Shown here: positions 13,400-27,215 of the stretch, piece after piece | How positions within the stretch are numbered: position 1 is the first letter of the stretch | How the letters are laid out: each line of letters begins with the position of its first letter | From: Camelus ferus | Lineage: Eukaryota | Reading direction: 5' to 3' | Assembly: GCF_009834535.1 (NCBI RefSeq) | Contig: NC_045707.1 | Span: 60,142,001 to 60,206,000, forward strand | Length of the DNA stretch: 64,000 bases | Notes under the pieces: generated by a model | The model's input: only the letters and a program-made list of their open reading frames with translations | Databases searched by the model: none | What the model was told of the DNA's origin: nothing | Made by a program: the position numbers and the translations under genes

Positions 13400-13895
13400 T
13401 TATTATTGAGGCAAAACAACACTGTGCCTTCATCCTCTGGTACCTCATGATCTCATAAGTCTTTTCCTCTCCAGGGACACCTACACCACCATCTCCACTC
13501 TCTGCCATCCACCATATGCTCCTTCCTCCAATTCCTCCAGCAGTCTTCGCTTCCTCCCACCTTTGGGACTTCAAACACACTGAAAAATCTATTTTCATCT
13601 CCTACCTGTAGACATATCCCACCTTGCAACTGGATAGGGACACTCTACCCCTTCCTTCAGAGTTCAGTTCTGTGATCAGGGGTTTTAGGAAAGCTCTCAC
13701 TCAGCTCACTCACCAGGTGTCAATTTTTCCCTGTGCTTCTCCTTCATGACACTTAGCAAAGTAGTCATTTGAATGTATTCATTTGATTCTTTGACGAATA
13801 TCATCGCCCCCATCCCATGGGGCAAAACCCATAAATTTTTATGTGGTCATTAGCATATTCCTAGTATGCTGTTCAATAAATATATTTATTCAAGG
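13400..13895 (+). mobile_element. L2 3' fragment
   Basis: Pyrimidine-rich L2-type body ending tagtatgctgttcaataaatatattt. Confidence 0.5.
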
Positions 13896-14659
13896 AACTA
13901 ACTTTTTTAAATGTAATCTACATAAAGAATATAAAACAAATTTAGCAAGGAAGACCCTAAGCAAGGATAATTATATGAAGAAATGCTTCTTTCCAGTAAA
14001 AACACTGGAGGAGAACACTAAGAGAAGTCAAAGGGAAATCTAATTATTATCAGCCTTAAAGAAGAAAAATTGCATGGTTTTGTTGAGAAGGACTCATGGA
14101 AAACCTGATTTGGTGATTCCATACCAAGATCCCTAGTGCTTTGCTGGGTCATTTGTATAAAAATGACTCATTCTTTCTTTTAAGCCACAAAAGCTCGATC
14201 TCACATTCAGAAATGTCTGCAGCCCAACTGCTGCTCCAACATTTGGACTTGAAAGACAATATTTATAAACCTGTGTATGCAAGAGATTTTCCTCTGCCTT
14301 GCCTTCCTACTCAGGACCGATAAACACCCTATTTGTATACCCCAAACCTCCAAGGCATAGGTAACTAAGCTGAGCTGTTTCACTCAAGTGGGTATAATAA
14401 CTTAGAAGGACTAATAACATGCAACAAACTGAAAACCATGATGAAAACTGAAGTTGCCAACTGCTGCTTTTCACTGAAGTCCTGTCTTTTACATTCTCTG
14501 TTTTTTTGTAAAAACGGCTGAATGTCTAAGATGTGAGCATCTTAGTAAAATGAGCAAAGTTATAGCGACTGACTCAGAAGCAACCATTCAAGATGCAACA
14601 CTAAAGTGAAACGGATTCCTAATAAAAGGCTGCGGGAGAACACAGATGGAGTCCTTGGA

Positions 14660-14777
14660 CCACCACCTGTGGAAGGAAGCAAGAATTCCTTCTGTCTCAC
14701 CTACACAACCACTATTCCTGGCACATATGTTGCTCATTTTTTGTTGATTGAGTGACTGAATGAATGAATGAATGAAC
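14660..14777 (+). mobile_element. L2 3' terminus
   Basis: cctggcacatatgttgctc...ttgttgattgagtgactgaatgaatgaatgaatgaa tail. Confidence 0.7.
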
Positions 14778-15119
14778 AAAATGATTTTGATAGCATCATA
14801 TTATGCATTCATAATGCATAGTATATCCAAATAATATTATCTACTTGGGATATCAGAACTTCACCTCACCTCAGGGAATTTAATAAAACCTGGAGAGGGT
14901 CTTTAACTCGGAACACCTTAGGGAATACAAAAAGTCAAATGAGAATAAGTAAACCTAAAACACAAATGGGACTCTTAGAATAAATTGGACCAAATGGTAA
15001 ATTTCTGCTAGAAAATCCTTATTGGTAAGTCTCTATTCTATTCTAGTTTCAATTCTGTATTTTGGTGTGAACACCTCTTCTTGCATTTTCCAAGTTCTGC
15101 TGTTCCTCTTCTGTGATTT

Positions 15120-15540
15120 ATGACTTATAGTGGCTGATTGTTGCAATGAACAACCCACAGATGGCAGTGGCTTAAACCAACAAGAGTGTCTTTCTTATTC
15201 AGAACACAATCAATGCAGAATCAGTGAGACAATAGTGGGGTCCACTCCCCACAGTCACTGAAGGACCAGGCTCCTTCCAACTGGTGGCCCTTCTGGACCC
15301 TATGTAGTGACTAAACCTCAGAGTCTTTACCTAAATCTCTAGACAACACCAGCTAATGATCAAAATTTGAGAGGGATCTGCACATTCTCCTGGGAAGTGC
15401 ATGAGCCAAGTCTCAAAACGGTATGCAGTCCTCGTATCCACATGCCATTAGCTGGAACTCAGTCACATGCAAGGGGGTTGGGAAATTTAGAAAAGCAAAA
15501 CAGCGAAGAAGAGAATTTTAAACAGCTAGTCAGCCACTTT
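15120..15540 (-). mobile_element. Old MLT1-family (MaLR) LTR
   Basis: cagtggcttaaaccaacaagag...ccacatgccattagctggaactcagtcacatgcaagggggttgggaaat. Confidence 0.7.
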
Positions 15541-16984
15541 CTCCCACGATGTCCCCCATTTCCTGGCTCCATGTTGCGCTGTTCTGGGACATCACTTCTT
15601 TGCATCAGGATACCATTTTCCATCTCCATTTAGGGACTTGCTGAAAGTTGACTTTACTTAACAACTATGTATCCATTTTTTTATCCCTAAGTTTTTTCTC
15701 TCCAACCAATGTACTCTGTAAAATGCTTGCAACGAATTATTGCTTAACTCAAAATGGCTTTTCTCTGTCTACCTCTGACAACCTTCTGCTGTGAGTCTGT
15801 CTGGGGCATGTTCTTGGCCTGCAGTGGGTAAAGGGTACTTGAAATACTCTCATAGGGAGGAGAAAGGAAGCTCAAAATGGACTTGACCTCCTATTGAGTA
15901 GAAAAGCCCATTAAAAATCCCCCCAGTTGCAACAACCACAAAGCATTCCTCCCTACTCTTTTTTTATCACCTCATTTTATAAAAAGTTACTAATATTTAT
16001 GTTTGTGTATTTATTTTGACCTGAGACATCTGGGAACCTTTATGCTTCAAGCATGAGTCTCCCTTCTCTAATGTACTGCTTCCCTGGGCTCAAAAAGTAC
16101 TGATAAAGAGGAGCCTCAGCTGAATCTGTCTCCTGGATGAACTGCCCTCGCATCTTGAAAAGCTTCACTTGCATCCTTGTATATTCAGCTCAGTAGTGTG
16201 GTTAACCCAAACCTTTGCACTTTTTTTCCAACCAGAGAAAATGAGACAAGAACTGCACTTTAATAGTATCCCAGCGATAAGAAAATTAAAGTTACTTTAT
16301 ATTAGAAACTTTAATATGGTCTAAAAATCTCAACATTTTTTTTTATCATCTGAAATGACTTTAATGGATTTTCTCTAGTGTACCATTAATACAAATCCAT
16401 TTTGTTTTATTGAGGTCAAACTACATTCCCTGGTCTTGTTCCCAAGGAGAAGGAAATTAGGTAAAAATTAGTTCACTGCGGTTATATTCATTTTATATTG
16501 CTGCATAAAGGGGAGGACTCACAAAAGGGCAAGCTGATACCTCGTGAATATCAACCACTTTATATTAAGCCAGAATTCCTGTGATGTAAGGGGAAAATAA
16601 GAAAGTAAGAAAGACAATCTATAAATAAATGAGTCAAAGAACTATTGAAGATAGTGGTTATTGACTTTTGGAAGCTTTTCTAAAAAATTACCATATGTTT
16701 TATGTATGAATGCATTAGTTATTAAGCCAAACAGAAAGTCAACTCTGAGTCCTTCATTTCCCTACATCCTCTTTGGCTACAAGTAGAGCTGACTACAAAT
16801 ATATATTTTCTTCCTATTGGTGTCATTTTCCTAAGTGCTTTAAGCCTACCTTATCATTTCAGTTACAAGATAATTAAGTACTCTACACACATGCAGTACA
16901 AGTATCTCAGGCACAATTACGCTTTACATGGTATAAATATATAAATACATCTACCTGACACAAATACATAAATATACACACACT

Positions 16985-17660
16985 GGATATTGCTGTTTAT
17001 TGCTGGATACTGAAGGTTAGCTTTTTAGCTTTCTCCAGCTCCATTTCATCTTCCTTCTAGTGGGAGAGGCTAGAAAGCCTAAAACTAAATATTTAGAGTT
17101 CCTTCAATCTAAGATTCTTGATGCAGATATAAGATTCTTGATGCCAATAAGATTCTCGAATGCACCTATGTGAAATCTGGGAGACAAAGAAAGGTGAAAG
17201 GATTGGTCTGTTCCTTTTTGGTTCTCTCTGCTGGCAAGTAATGCAAAGAAATAGGAGCTGATTTCTGCAGGAATGACCCAGGGTCTGTCCACCAGCTGTC
17301 CAGGTATTGAGAAATGGTTGGGTGAGCTTCTTCCTGCCTTCCGACCTTTAGATCAGTGCTCTAGGCCCATTCAGCAGATTCCTGGGTGACCAGCAACTTC
17401 ACTGCAGACCTGCTTTATTATAGATGACTCATCTTGGGATCACAGTTATGGGGTACGTTCTTGAACTCATAGCACCATTCATAGAGTTCGGAGTCGTAGC
17501 TCTGAGTAGAGTATGAACTCTTCTGGAAGTCATTCCTGGAGGCCCATGTTAGAGCGCACTTCTTCCTCCCTTCTAGTAATTCATGAGCATAAAACTTCAT
17601 GTGTTAATTAAAGGCATGGAAGGTTTTCGTTCCTTGCATTGAACCCTGGCTGCTGTAATG
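16985..17660 (+). mobile_element. LTR33-like (ERVL) LTR
   Basis: gagaggctagaaagcctaaaactaaatattt...; ends ggttttcgttccttgcattgaaccctggctg; contains a local 3x taagattcttgatgc duplication. Confidence 0.6.
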
Positions 17661-18559
17661 TGTGACATTTTATGTCACTTTTCAGTGTATTCAACTGCTC
17701 TCTGTCCAGTTCACTTGCTTTTATCTGTTACACCTAGGGCAGCTTCCTACAAACCTGCTCACATTTTCCCCTCAGGATGATCTGTCCCCTCCAAAGCCCT
17801 ACAGCCAGTCTGTCATCGCCCAAGGAACTCAAGGGACATCTGTCAAGGGCTTCCTCGCCCATGTCTTTCTAAATTCTGTCTAGACTTTCATGCTGTCTGC
17901 TGCGTTCCTACTCACGTCCCCTCTCAGCCTCAACCTTGACACCACTTTTATGCTCAATGTATTTATCAACACATATTTTCTGCAATTTGAGTAAGGTTAC
18001 AGTTTTCCTCTTTTATCTTGGATAAATATAAATTTTACAATAAACCTGCTTTGGATTTATGGAAAAAGGATAATAACAACAACAAAATAGCAAAAACAAG
18101 GTCATTCAATATGATCTCCATTCCCTTTGTGGGAGAAATTAACCCATCAAAAAGGTGAATCAACCAGTCAGAATTAGATCCAGAAAGAGTTCAGTTTTTG
18201 TTTTTTGGTCTGAATTTCTTCCTGCTTTTCTCTTCTCTCCTTGGAATGTCATCAGGGATTTTTCTACTTCTTCTATCCTTCCCTTCTGCTCCTGGCAAGA
18301 TTCACCGGGTTGGAGCCTGTCAGCACTGTGAGCAAAGACTCTTATGACAGATGATGGGAGAGAGAAGCCTCTGCTGACATCCCACAATCATGCCATGATC
18401 ACAGAGCAGAGTTTCAAGACTAATATGCTACAACAGAGGGAAGCAGCATCTCCAAGGAGCAGAGGTGGAGTAGAAATATGTTATGGCTCCTGGAGACCTT
18501 GTGATAGTGATTCTTTTTTTCTTTTTTTTTTTCAGTGAGACAATAGGGAACTGCCTATT

Positions 18560-18900
18560 ACTCCATGCTACCTTGTAACTATCACTGACAATATTCCACC
18601 ACCTGCTACCTACAAGGTGGTCTTTGATTCAAGCTAGGCTCATCATACTCTCTCTTCAAGGTGTCTGAAAACTGAATGGAGACCCACAGGAACTGAAGAC
18701 ACTGGGGCTGGGACATCCATTATAAGGGTGCTCCAAGATTTCCCGGGCTCCTTTGCTTCCCTCTCATCCTCAGACCCGGTTGTTTTTGTGAGCGTTTCTT
18801 TTGATTTTGTGAGCCCCCTCGGGTATTTTAATAAGCCCCCTTTATTAAAAATTTTGAGACTGAATTTTATGTCTTTTTAACCAGAGAACCCTAATCAGTA
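18560..18900 (+). mobile_element. Degenerate ERVL/MaLR-type LTR fragment
   Basis: 3' end aataagcccccttt...gactgaattttatgtctttttaaccagagaaccctaatcagta resembles an old LTR terminus. Confidence 0.4.
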
Positions 18901-19399
18901 TTCCCCTCCCCTAATCTATCCCTCGCTGTCTCTCTCTTTTTCATTTCATATGGTCCAATTGACTCTTCACAGGCAGTAAAATCCAGCTTAATATTGCTGA
19001 GCAATAGCATCCCATCACTTAGTCATTCAACAAACACAGGTGAAGATTTTACTAAACGATGCTTGCTAGAAACACAAAGATGACAGCTCATATTCTAGCA
19101 AGGGATAATGCAATACAGAATAAATTTAGGAAAAGAATTATCAGGAGGAATAACCCTTGGAAAGAGTTTAGGCATTTTATGAAATAGAAAGGAAGGAAGG
19201 AGTGCACTCTAGACAAAGAAAAAAACTGGCAAAAGCGAGATGGATTCTTGCCTTTGAGAACTACTAGAAGTTGTGTTAAACTAGAACCCAGATTCACATT
19301 GGAAAGTGATGGAAAATTGGACTGGAATGGGAAAAGGAGTCAGATGAATAAAACCAGATTATTTGCTCAGAATACAATAAAGAGATATGAACAGACAGA

Positions 19400-19890
19400 C
19401 ACCTCTAGCCGCCCTCTCCCCCTGTATTCATTCTCCCTTCTCATGGTGTTAGCACTCACAATTTTTAAGCTGGACACATCAATGCACAGAATAAAGAATG
19501 CATTTGCCAACTTCTCTTAACAGCTAGATGTGACCATGTGACCGAATTCTTGCCAATGGGAAGTGAGCAGAAGTAATGTCTGCAATTTGGGGTCATGTTC
19601 TTAAAAGGAAGGAGCTTGCCCTCTCCTTCCCTGCTTCCTCTCCCTACTGGGAATGTCAACATAGTGATGGTGAGGCAACTTGGACCATGTTGATGAAAGC
19701 AGCACGCTGAGGGTGGAAAGCAGCTAGACTGAAGATGCCTCAGTCCCTGGCTCCATGGAGCTTCCACACATGCCCTAGAATAATCACACTTGGACTGTGA
19801 CACAAAAATAAATGTCAACTTTGATCCAGTTTAAGCCAATGGAGAGGGGCCACCTGTCACATCAGGGGAATCAATAACCTAACTGTAATC
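19400..19890 (+). mobile_element. MLT1J-like (MaLR) solo LTR
   Basis: cagctagatgtgaccatgtgaccgaattcttgccaatgggaagtgagcagaagt...ttggaccatg... Confidence 0.8.
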
Positions 19891-19944
19891 AGAAGACTTA
19901 AGGATAGAAAGTGAAAACGTGACAATTAAATTTATTCTGTAAAA

Positions 19945-20263
19945 CAGGAGTCAGCAAACTATGGCCAGAGTCAGCCCACCTCCTGTTTCTGGATGATCTC
20001 TGAGCAAGATGTTTTTTTACATTTTTAAATGGTTGAAAAAAATCAAAAGAAGGATAATATTTTGTGATATTTGACAATTATATAAAATTTAATGCCCACA
20101 TAAACATTGTACGGGAGCAAAGACATGCTCATTCATTTATGTACTGTCTATAGCTGCTTTCACACTACACCAGTCTGGTTGAATAGCTGCAACACAGATC
20201 ATATGGCCCACAGTCTAAAATATTTACTTTCTGGCCCTTTACAGAAAGAGTTGGCAATTCCTG
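19945..20263 (+). mobile_element. MER58B hAT-Charlie MITE
   Basis: TIRs caggagtcagcaaact / agttggcaattcctg; aaatatttactttctggccctttacagaaa. Confidence 0.88.
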
Positions 20264-20459
20264 CTTCAGATGATCACATCAATGGTGCAGCAAATTTACT
20301 GAAGATTGAAGAGAACAGCATCAAACAAGAATCAATTAGAAGACTACTCAGTGGTTTAGATAAAAGAGATAAAAGGGGCTAAACCAAATTAGTTATGCCC
20401 AGTGGGGATAAGCAATGGGTATATATTAAAAATCTATTCAGACAGTAAAATTAACAAAA

Positions 20460-20729
20460 CAAATTTATGGTTTTTGTTGATTTTGGCTTCTACCCATGGG
20501 AAGAAGTGGGGAGGGATAAATTAGAAGTTCAGGATTTGCAGATACTAACATTTTATATAAAATAAACAAAGTCCTACTGTATAGCACAGGGAACTATATT
20601 CAATAACTTATAATAACCTATAATGATAAGAAATATGAAAAAGAATATATATGTGTATAACTGAATCAATATGCTGTACACCAAAAACTAACACATCATA
20701 AATCAACTATACTGCAATACAATTTTTTA
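20460..20729 (+). mobile_element. 5'-truncated young L1 3' end
   Basis: L1 3'UTR motifs; probable 13-bp TSD aaaattaacaaaa (20447-20459) / aaaattaacacaa (20730-20742). Confidence 0.85.
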
Positions 20730-21457
20730 AAAATTAACACAATTGAGACATTTTCATCCCAACAGATATATTAAGAACATAGTGGCATATGTCCTTTCCC
20801 CAAACTACTATGTATTTGACATACTATTAAAATAAAAACTTTTCCCCATTCAAAGTTGATAACTGTCAAACCTCCACTAGGGATCTACCAGGGAAGTCCA
20901 AACCCATTCCTGCTAGCCTCCCTGAGCTTTACCAACATTCATTTTCACTCATCATATTTAAGTTCAAACTTAACCCTCAGCAGAAATTTCTCCCTAAGAC
21001 AAGGCATGTCTTTAGTGACAAGACTTCCAGAACATGTCTTCCTACCTCCTTTTAGACAATCAGCCACACAGGTACCGTGCCTTCTTCAGACGGCTTTCTT
21101 GGTACCCCAGGCATTTCAGACTTTAACATAACCATTGTTCTCAGTTTCAAAACTTATACTTTTTGCCATAAATACTTGCTATCTGTGGAAAACTGGAACC
21201 ACATAAATGTTAACTTATATCATCATGCATGCACATTCTACTATTTTATAAATAATAAGTCATTACATAAATATTTTTCATTAATCACCTGAGATCAATC
21301 TGTAAAGTCTCATTTTAAGGTCTCCTAACCAATGGTTAGACCAAAACAAAACATTGTAGCTTTGATGTTTTATTTACACAGGTGTGATTCCAAATAAGAA
21401 AGAGGCTATATTTCAAATCCACCTGAGATAGGGTATATATACATTGTTGCAGTTCAG

Positions 21458-21840
21458 TCATCATTCATTCATTCATTCATCCATTTAATGAACATTTATT
21501 GCATGCCTATTATGTTCCAATAGGGATGTCAGACAGTGGGAACATCAGACAATAGGGCTTCTTTCCCTAGAGAGTATATGGTTTAGCAAGGGATCCAATC
21601 AACAGGCTGTCACAACACTTATATTGAATACTGAGGTGTAAAATGGGCCAATGGATACATAGAAATGGACCCAGCCCAGGTAGGGGGAGATGGGGGATGA
21701 CTTCCTATTGGAAATGATGTCCAAGTAAGAGTTATTCAAGAGAAAAATGGAAGAGCAGGAAAAAGGAAGAGCATGTGGACAGACTGGAGAGAGTGTGAAA
21801 AAACAAATGGCTCCTTTGTATAATAAGTGTAGTCAGAGTC
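21458..21840 (-). mobile_element. L2 3' end
   Basis: cattcattcattcatccatttaatgaacatttattgcatgcctattatgttcc. Confidence 0.75.
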
Positions 21841-23904
21841 TACCATCAGGGGATATGGACCACTCTTCAACCTTCTCTTCCCCATGATGGTCTGAAAAGG
21901 CTCTGCTTCAGGAGATGTGCTTAGGACCAGTGGTTGTTCCCCTGCTGACCCTCCCACATCCCCACTCTCTGCTTCCAGATACACCTCGGTTTTAGTAAGA
22001 GAAAGAAACTCCACATGGCTGAGAATTGAAGTATGAGGAAGGTGTGGGGAGTCAAGCAATGATAGGACGGTGTGCAGAGGGCCCAATATTATTTGAGATT
22101 TCTGTTTCTCGGTCCTTGCTCTGCCTTGTCATCAATCCATTTGACTGGTGAGTCCCTCCAGGAAGTGTCCGTTCTTGCTCATTGCCTTGTCAACTGTGCC
22201 AACTGTCTCTGACACTACAGAATCCATGCCGGAGCCGCTCAGGGATTGATATGTAACCATGGATGCATCTCATGTGCTGTCGGTTTTGACTTTTCCCTTG
22301 GAAGGGACTGTAGGTAGAGTGCTCTCTCTATGCACCACATAGCTGGGCTCTGACTTCTTGTTTCTTCCAAAACAAGGTAGAGAAACATGAAAGAGAATTC
22401 AGATCATTTTTTTTTTCAATCAGAAGCAGCATTAATAGGAAACTAACCTAGTTCACCTAATTACATTTCCTAATTTGTGTCTAACTTGAAGGAAAAAAAA
22501 AAAAGCCATGCATCATTGTTACAAATATTATTGTTTGACTTGTTTTTCCCCTATTACAGCTTTTGAATATTCTACTTCCCTTGCTCTGGCCCATGGTACA
22601 GTGATTTGTATTGTTCCTGAGTGATGTTTTGTAAAGCAAGTGGAGGAAAAAACATAAATTAAGAATTTCCTTACCAAGGATTTTAAAATAACAGAATGTT
22701 TACTGAAAATTGGTTCTCATTTGCTGGCATCCTGGCAAGTTTGACTCAGAAACCATCTACAGCATAGGAAATCATCCTGGTGACTTTTCACTGAACTTCT
22801 CAGCAGCCACCAATTAAATTCCATTTTCACTTGATGGATAAGTGAGCTCGGACTTTCGTGAGTTGATGTGGAAAGAAACATAGCTTCCTTCTCTTAATAG
22901 CTTGAGACAACCTAGATGTAAGTAATCAAAACAAATATTCATGGAACTTTCAAGGGGCATCTTCACTTGACAGTGTCTGGCTGACACCCACTGGAGAGCA
23001 GATACAGCCGTAATTTTTCGAAAAGAGGAGTAACTAGTGTACTATCAATTGTATCCCCATTGAGCCAACAACTGAAAAGGGTGTGCGGGGGGAGGTATCT
23101 CGGTGTTGTCAAGTCAGGGAATAGAAGATCTGGAGATTTTACAACCACTGATCATGTTGTAAAAGTGAGAGGTTCGTCCTCATTTCTTGATAAATAAATA
23201 CATCCCCTCTTCCATTTCTCTCCTGCTCACAACACCAGATACTAGGTTTGGGTCAATGTGTACCTCCCTAAACACAAACAAACAGAAAATACTATAAAAA
23301 TATAACAAAATATTCTCTATATGTTTTATATAGTAATGCTGTTTTCTTATGTTCAGTTAAGTATTTTATATTATGACGTGAAATATCTGATCAGGTTGTA
23401 GATTTTAGCAGACAAGTTGCATTGATCAGCCTAGTCATTGATAAAGGAAAGAGACATAGGAAAGTCTAGATGAGGATAATAATTACAAGTATCAACTTTG
23501 ATCTGAAAATTGAGAAGTGACAGAAGTCACAGGCATGCTGCACACACACACATACACTAACAGAGTCGAGGGGCTAGAATTGCTATATTTTAAAATAAAA
23601 TACACTTACTATTCTGAGAAACGAGCGTCTATAATCCTGAAAAGTCAGGATTATAAACACTTTTCTAAACTGTTTTTAATGAGTGTGTTTCCATTCATTT
23701 CAGGTACAGTTGGCAAAACAGGGCATTTCTTTTTGGCCTGCTTTGATTATGCAAAATGATTATAATTTTATGTATTGCTTGTAAACAGTGCTTCTAAGAT
23801 ACTTAAAAATTTGTAGGAAGACAAGCATTTGGTTGACGTCTTATTGTAATGTTAATTTCCTTAACAAATATCTTTTCTGTAAATTGTAAAAAGGCCTTCT
23901 CTTT

Positions 23905-24110
23905 GTATGGGGATTTATTGTTTACAGACACTTTCACCTACATGTTCTCATTAAATCCTTACAATAATACTACGAGACATTAATTTTCCCTCATTTTAAG
24001 GATGCAGAAAAACAGAGACTCAGTAGGGTTAAGAAGCTAGCCCAAGGCCACACACACAAAGAAACGTGACAGAGTCAATATGCAAATCCATTTCTTCTTA
24101 CTCTACAGCT
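23905..24110 (-). mobile_element. MIR SINE
   Basis: tctcattaaatccttacaata...cattttaaggatgcagaaaaacagagactcagtagggttaag...gcccaaggccacac. Confidence 0.8.
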
Positions 24111-25054
24111 CTTTACTAATGAAACAAAGTATAAGCCCAGCTGGTAATCAAATTATCACGAAGTCCTCATTAGCGGAATGAGGTAATGAGGTTTCACTTT
24201 ATCATTCATAATTCAGAGATGCAACTTTAAGGCCTGCACAAAAATGACACCTACCATTATGGAAACACATCACAATCATGTTAACAACTACACCTGCTGT
24301 TTAGGATTTGGAAGGTAATTCTTATCTGTTAGTTTTCGTTAAGTATTTTATATCAGGATTTGAAATATCTGATTGGTTTATAAGACATTTCAGGCTCTCA
24401 AAACAATTTAGAAAAACTGGGTTCACTGACCTTCATCTCTAATGACTTCTTCCACCTCCACCTCCAACACACAGTCCTCCTAGGATGGTGGGCTTTGTGA
24501 CTGAGAACATGCCTTGTCCACACATCCTGCTGTTTGATACAACTTTCCAAACTTTCATGTTTCTTATTCAACTATTTCTGACATGCCCTTTTAACCTTGT
24601 CAGGCCTGGAAGTCCAAGATAGTCAGGAACATTCTTGTAGTTCTTAAATCTCTTGCCCTTTTGGTTTTTCACCGCACCACAGAAAAATACCAACCCTGAT
24701 GTACCTAGCCATCTGTTTTCCCATGTCATCCTCCGTTTATTTGAGCACCACTGGAGAAAATCACTCAGCAGAGCAACTGGCACCCCTCTAAGTTCATGGT
24801 TATTGGTTACCATCCTCAAATTGACTCTCAATACCACCTGGAATTCCTTCTGGATTCTATGGTCTATTCACTCTCTCACCTTCAAGACTAGTGGAGACCC
24901 TCTCCACTCTTTACAAACCAGCATCCCCAATTTCCCCTGACCTTTGGCCTTAGAAGATCATCTCCCTTTCATTCCTTTGAGACAAAATAAAATCTAGTGG
25001 GAGGGAACCCTTCTACCTCTCCCAATCCAGTGCACAAGGATAGATATATCTGCA

Positions 25055-25500
25055 CTCATTCTTTATTCTTTCCATCAACAAATGTTTATAGAATGCCTAA
25101 TACACTCCAGGCACTGTCCTGAAAATCAAAGCTACAGCTGAGAACATGACAAGTCCTTCTCTCCCCATGGAGTAACCTACCAGTGAAGAAATAAGTAAGA
25201 TCATTTCAGAGAGGGAACAGTGTCACGAGGAATAGGAGACAGGATAATGGCTTAGGCCATGACTGAGGATGACAACAGAAGGTGGCAACCTGAAGATATG
25301 GTATTCACAGAAAGCCTCTCTGAGTCGTTTTAGCTACGACTCAAATGACTAGGGTGAGTCAGTCATGGCAAGATCAAGAGAGAAGTAAGAACCAAGGTCC
25401 TGAAGACGGATGACTTCGTTACAAGTTCAAGGATCAACAAGAAAAAAGCTCCATGAGATTGGAGCTCAGTAAGCGAGGGAGAGGCTGGTGTGAGACAGGG
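25055..25500 (-). mobile_element. L2 3' end
   Basis: catcaacaaatgtttatagaatgcctaatacactccaggcactgtcctg... Confidence 0.75.
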
Positions 25501-25519
25501 TCCTCCACTCGCCTCTTTA

Positions 25520-27215
25520 AACTACGAGAGTTGATGTGAACGCAGTCTTTCTATCTGGGCTCTGGAACCCATGCCCTTTGCTTTCCCAAGAATGCTCTCT
25601 TTTGATTTGCTAGATCTGCCTCCTCTGTATTCTCTCTCAATCTGTTCTTTTCTAGCAGCAGTTAAACACACTCACAACACGTATCTTAAAACACACCCCC
25701 ACTTTCTCCTCCAGATTCAAGCCTACTCAGACTTCAAAAAAGAGTTGTCAATACTTGTCCTTTTCTTCCTCTCCCACTTACTCCTCAGTACACTCCAGTA
25801 CATTTCCACTCCAATGCTGGATCAAAAAACTCTCTCTAAAGTCAGAAGTGACCTTCATTTCCCTTGATCTCCCAACTACTTCGGACTCTGTTGACCTTGA
25901 CCTTCTCCTTGACCTTTTTCATCCCTTTCCCTAAGGACTCTAATGACTCTGTCGGTTTCCCTTTTACCATCTGGTAAGCAGCTCAGTCTCAGTATTCTTT
26001 ACAGACACGTTAGCCAAACCTCCCACTATCAGTGGTTCTCAAACATGAATGTGCATCAAAACCATCTGAAGACATGTTTCTGAGCCTGGCTCCCAGCATT
26101 CTTGATTCAGCAAGCCTGTTTTTGCAACAGATTCCCAGGTGATTCTGATACTGTTGGTCTAGAGAATACACTTTGGGAGCCACTGTATTAAATCTGGTTC
26201 CTCCAGGCTTAATCATTGCCATCTTCCCTTTCCACTGTCTATTCTTTCTACTGATGATTTCATACACACCCACGGCTTCAGTTATCAGCTTTATATCAAT
26301 GACACGCACATTTACATACCTCATGTCTTAGATACAGACCCAGATATCCAGTTGGAGGCAAAAACTTCCACTTGCCTGCATCAAAATTACTCCCAACCTC
26401 AACGTAGGCCCCAAAATGAACTTGTAATTAACCAGTTACTTTTCCAGGGATTCCTATCCAAGGAAATCACACCTAGTCCATCCTATTATGGAAGCCAGAA
26501 TCTAAGACTCATCCTCAATACTCCTCTCTCATTTACCACCCCCATTTCGAAAATTAACTCCTACATATTTTACCTCCTGAATGTCTCTCCACGAATGGTT
26601 CAGGCTCTCCATGTACTGCATTACCATCCTTGTCCAAACTGCCATTCTCTTTCCTGGGGCTGCAGGCTAGAGTAACCATCTTAACTTCTTCCAATCCATT
26701 CTTGACATTTTCTTCAGAATGATCACATCCAAAGGCTAACGACATCCTTCTGCCTAAATTTCAATGTTTTCCCATTGTTTTACGGAATCAAAAATTCTTG
26801 TGGCCTGCACGTGTCTCCATCTCATTTCACATCTTGATTCTGGCTCTCTGCCCACCAAAGGCTCCTTCAGGCCACAGGCTCTTTGCACGTATTTTCCCTT
26901 CTAACAAGAGTTTGTTTGAATTCCTCTTCTTTTGAATTTCTAGTCATCCCTCATATTCCTCATCACTCTTCCCAGTCAAGGTCAGTTTCTTCTATTATAT
27001 GCTTTCATAGTACCAAGTACCTTTACTTCAAAGCAATTTCGCAGTTTGAAAATTCACATTTATTTATGTGAATGTTTCATTAAAATCTGTCTCCTTCTAG
27101 TTTTACACCCCATGCGGTCGGGGACAGAGTCTGTGTCTTCTCACTATGACATCTCCAGGGCCTATCCAAAGTGATAGAAGGTCCTGATAAATACATGCTG
27201 CATGAATAAATAAAT
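25520..27215 (+). mobile_element. Long degenerate L2 segment (interrupted by MER5A; a likely upstream part lies at ~24400-25050)
   Basis: L2 body motifs (ccaaaatgaactt; agccagaatctaagactcatcctcaatactcctctctc) and 3' tail ataaatacatgctgcatgaataaataaatga. Confidence 0.7.
26030..26185. mobile_element. MER5A-like hAT-Charlie MITE
   Basis: TIRs cagtggttctcaaac / ctttgggagccactg. Confidence 0.85.

Noticed and set aside
14801..14821. Inverted repeat tatgcatt-cat-aatgcata
   Set aside because: 8-bp AT-rich arms are expected by chance in a window this size.
17110..17163. Three copies of taagattcttgatgc as a CRISPR-like array
   Set aside because: Spacers are only 3-5 bp and it lies inside an LTR of a mammalian genome; local slippage duplication.
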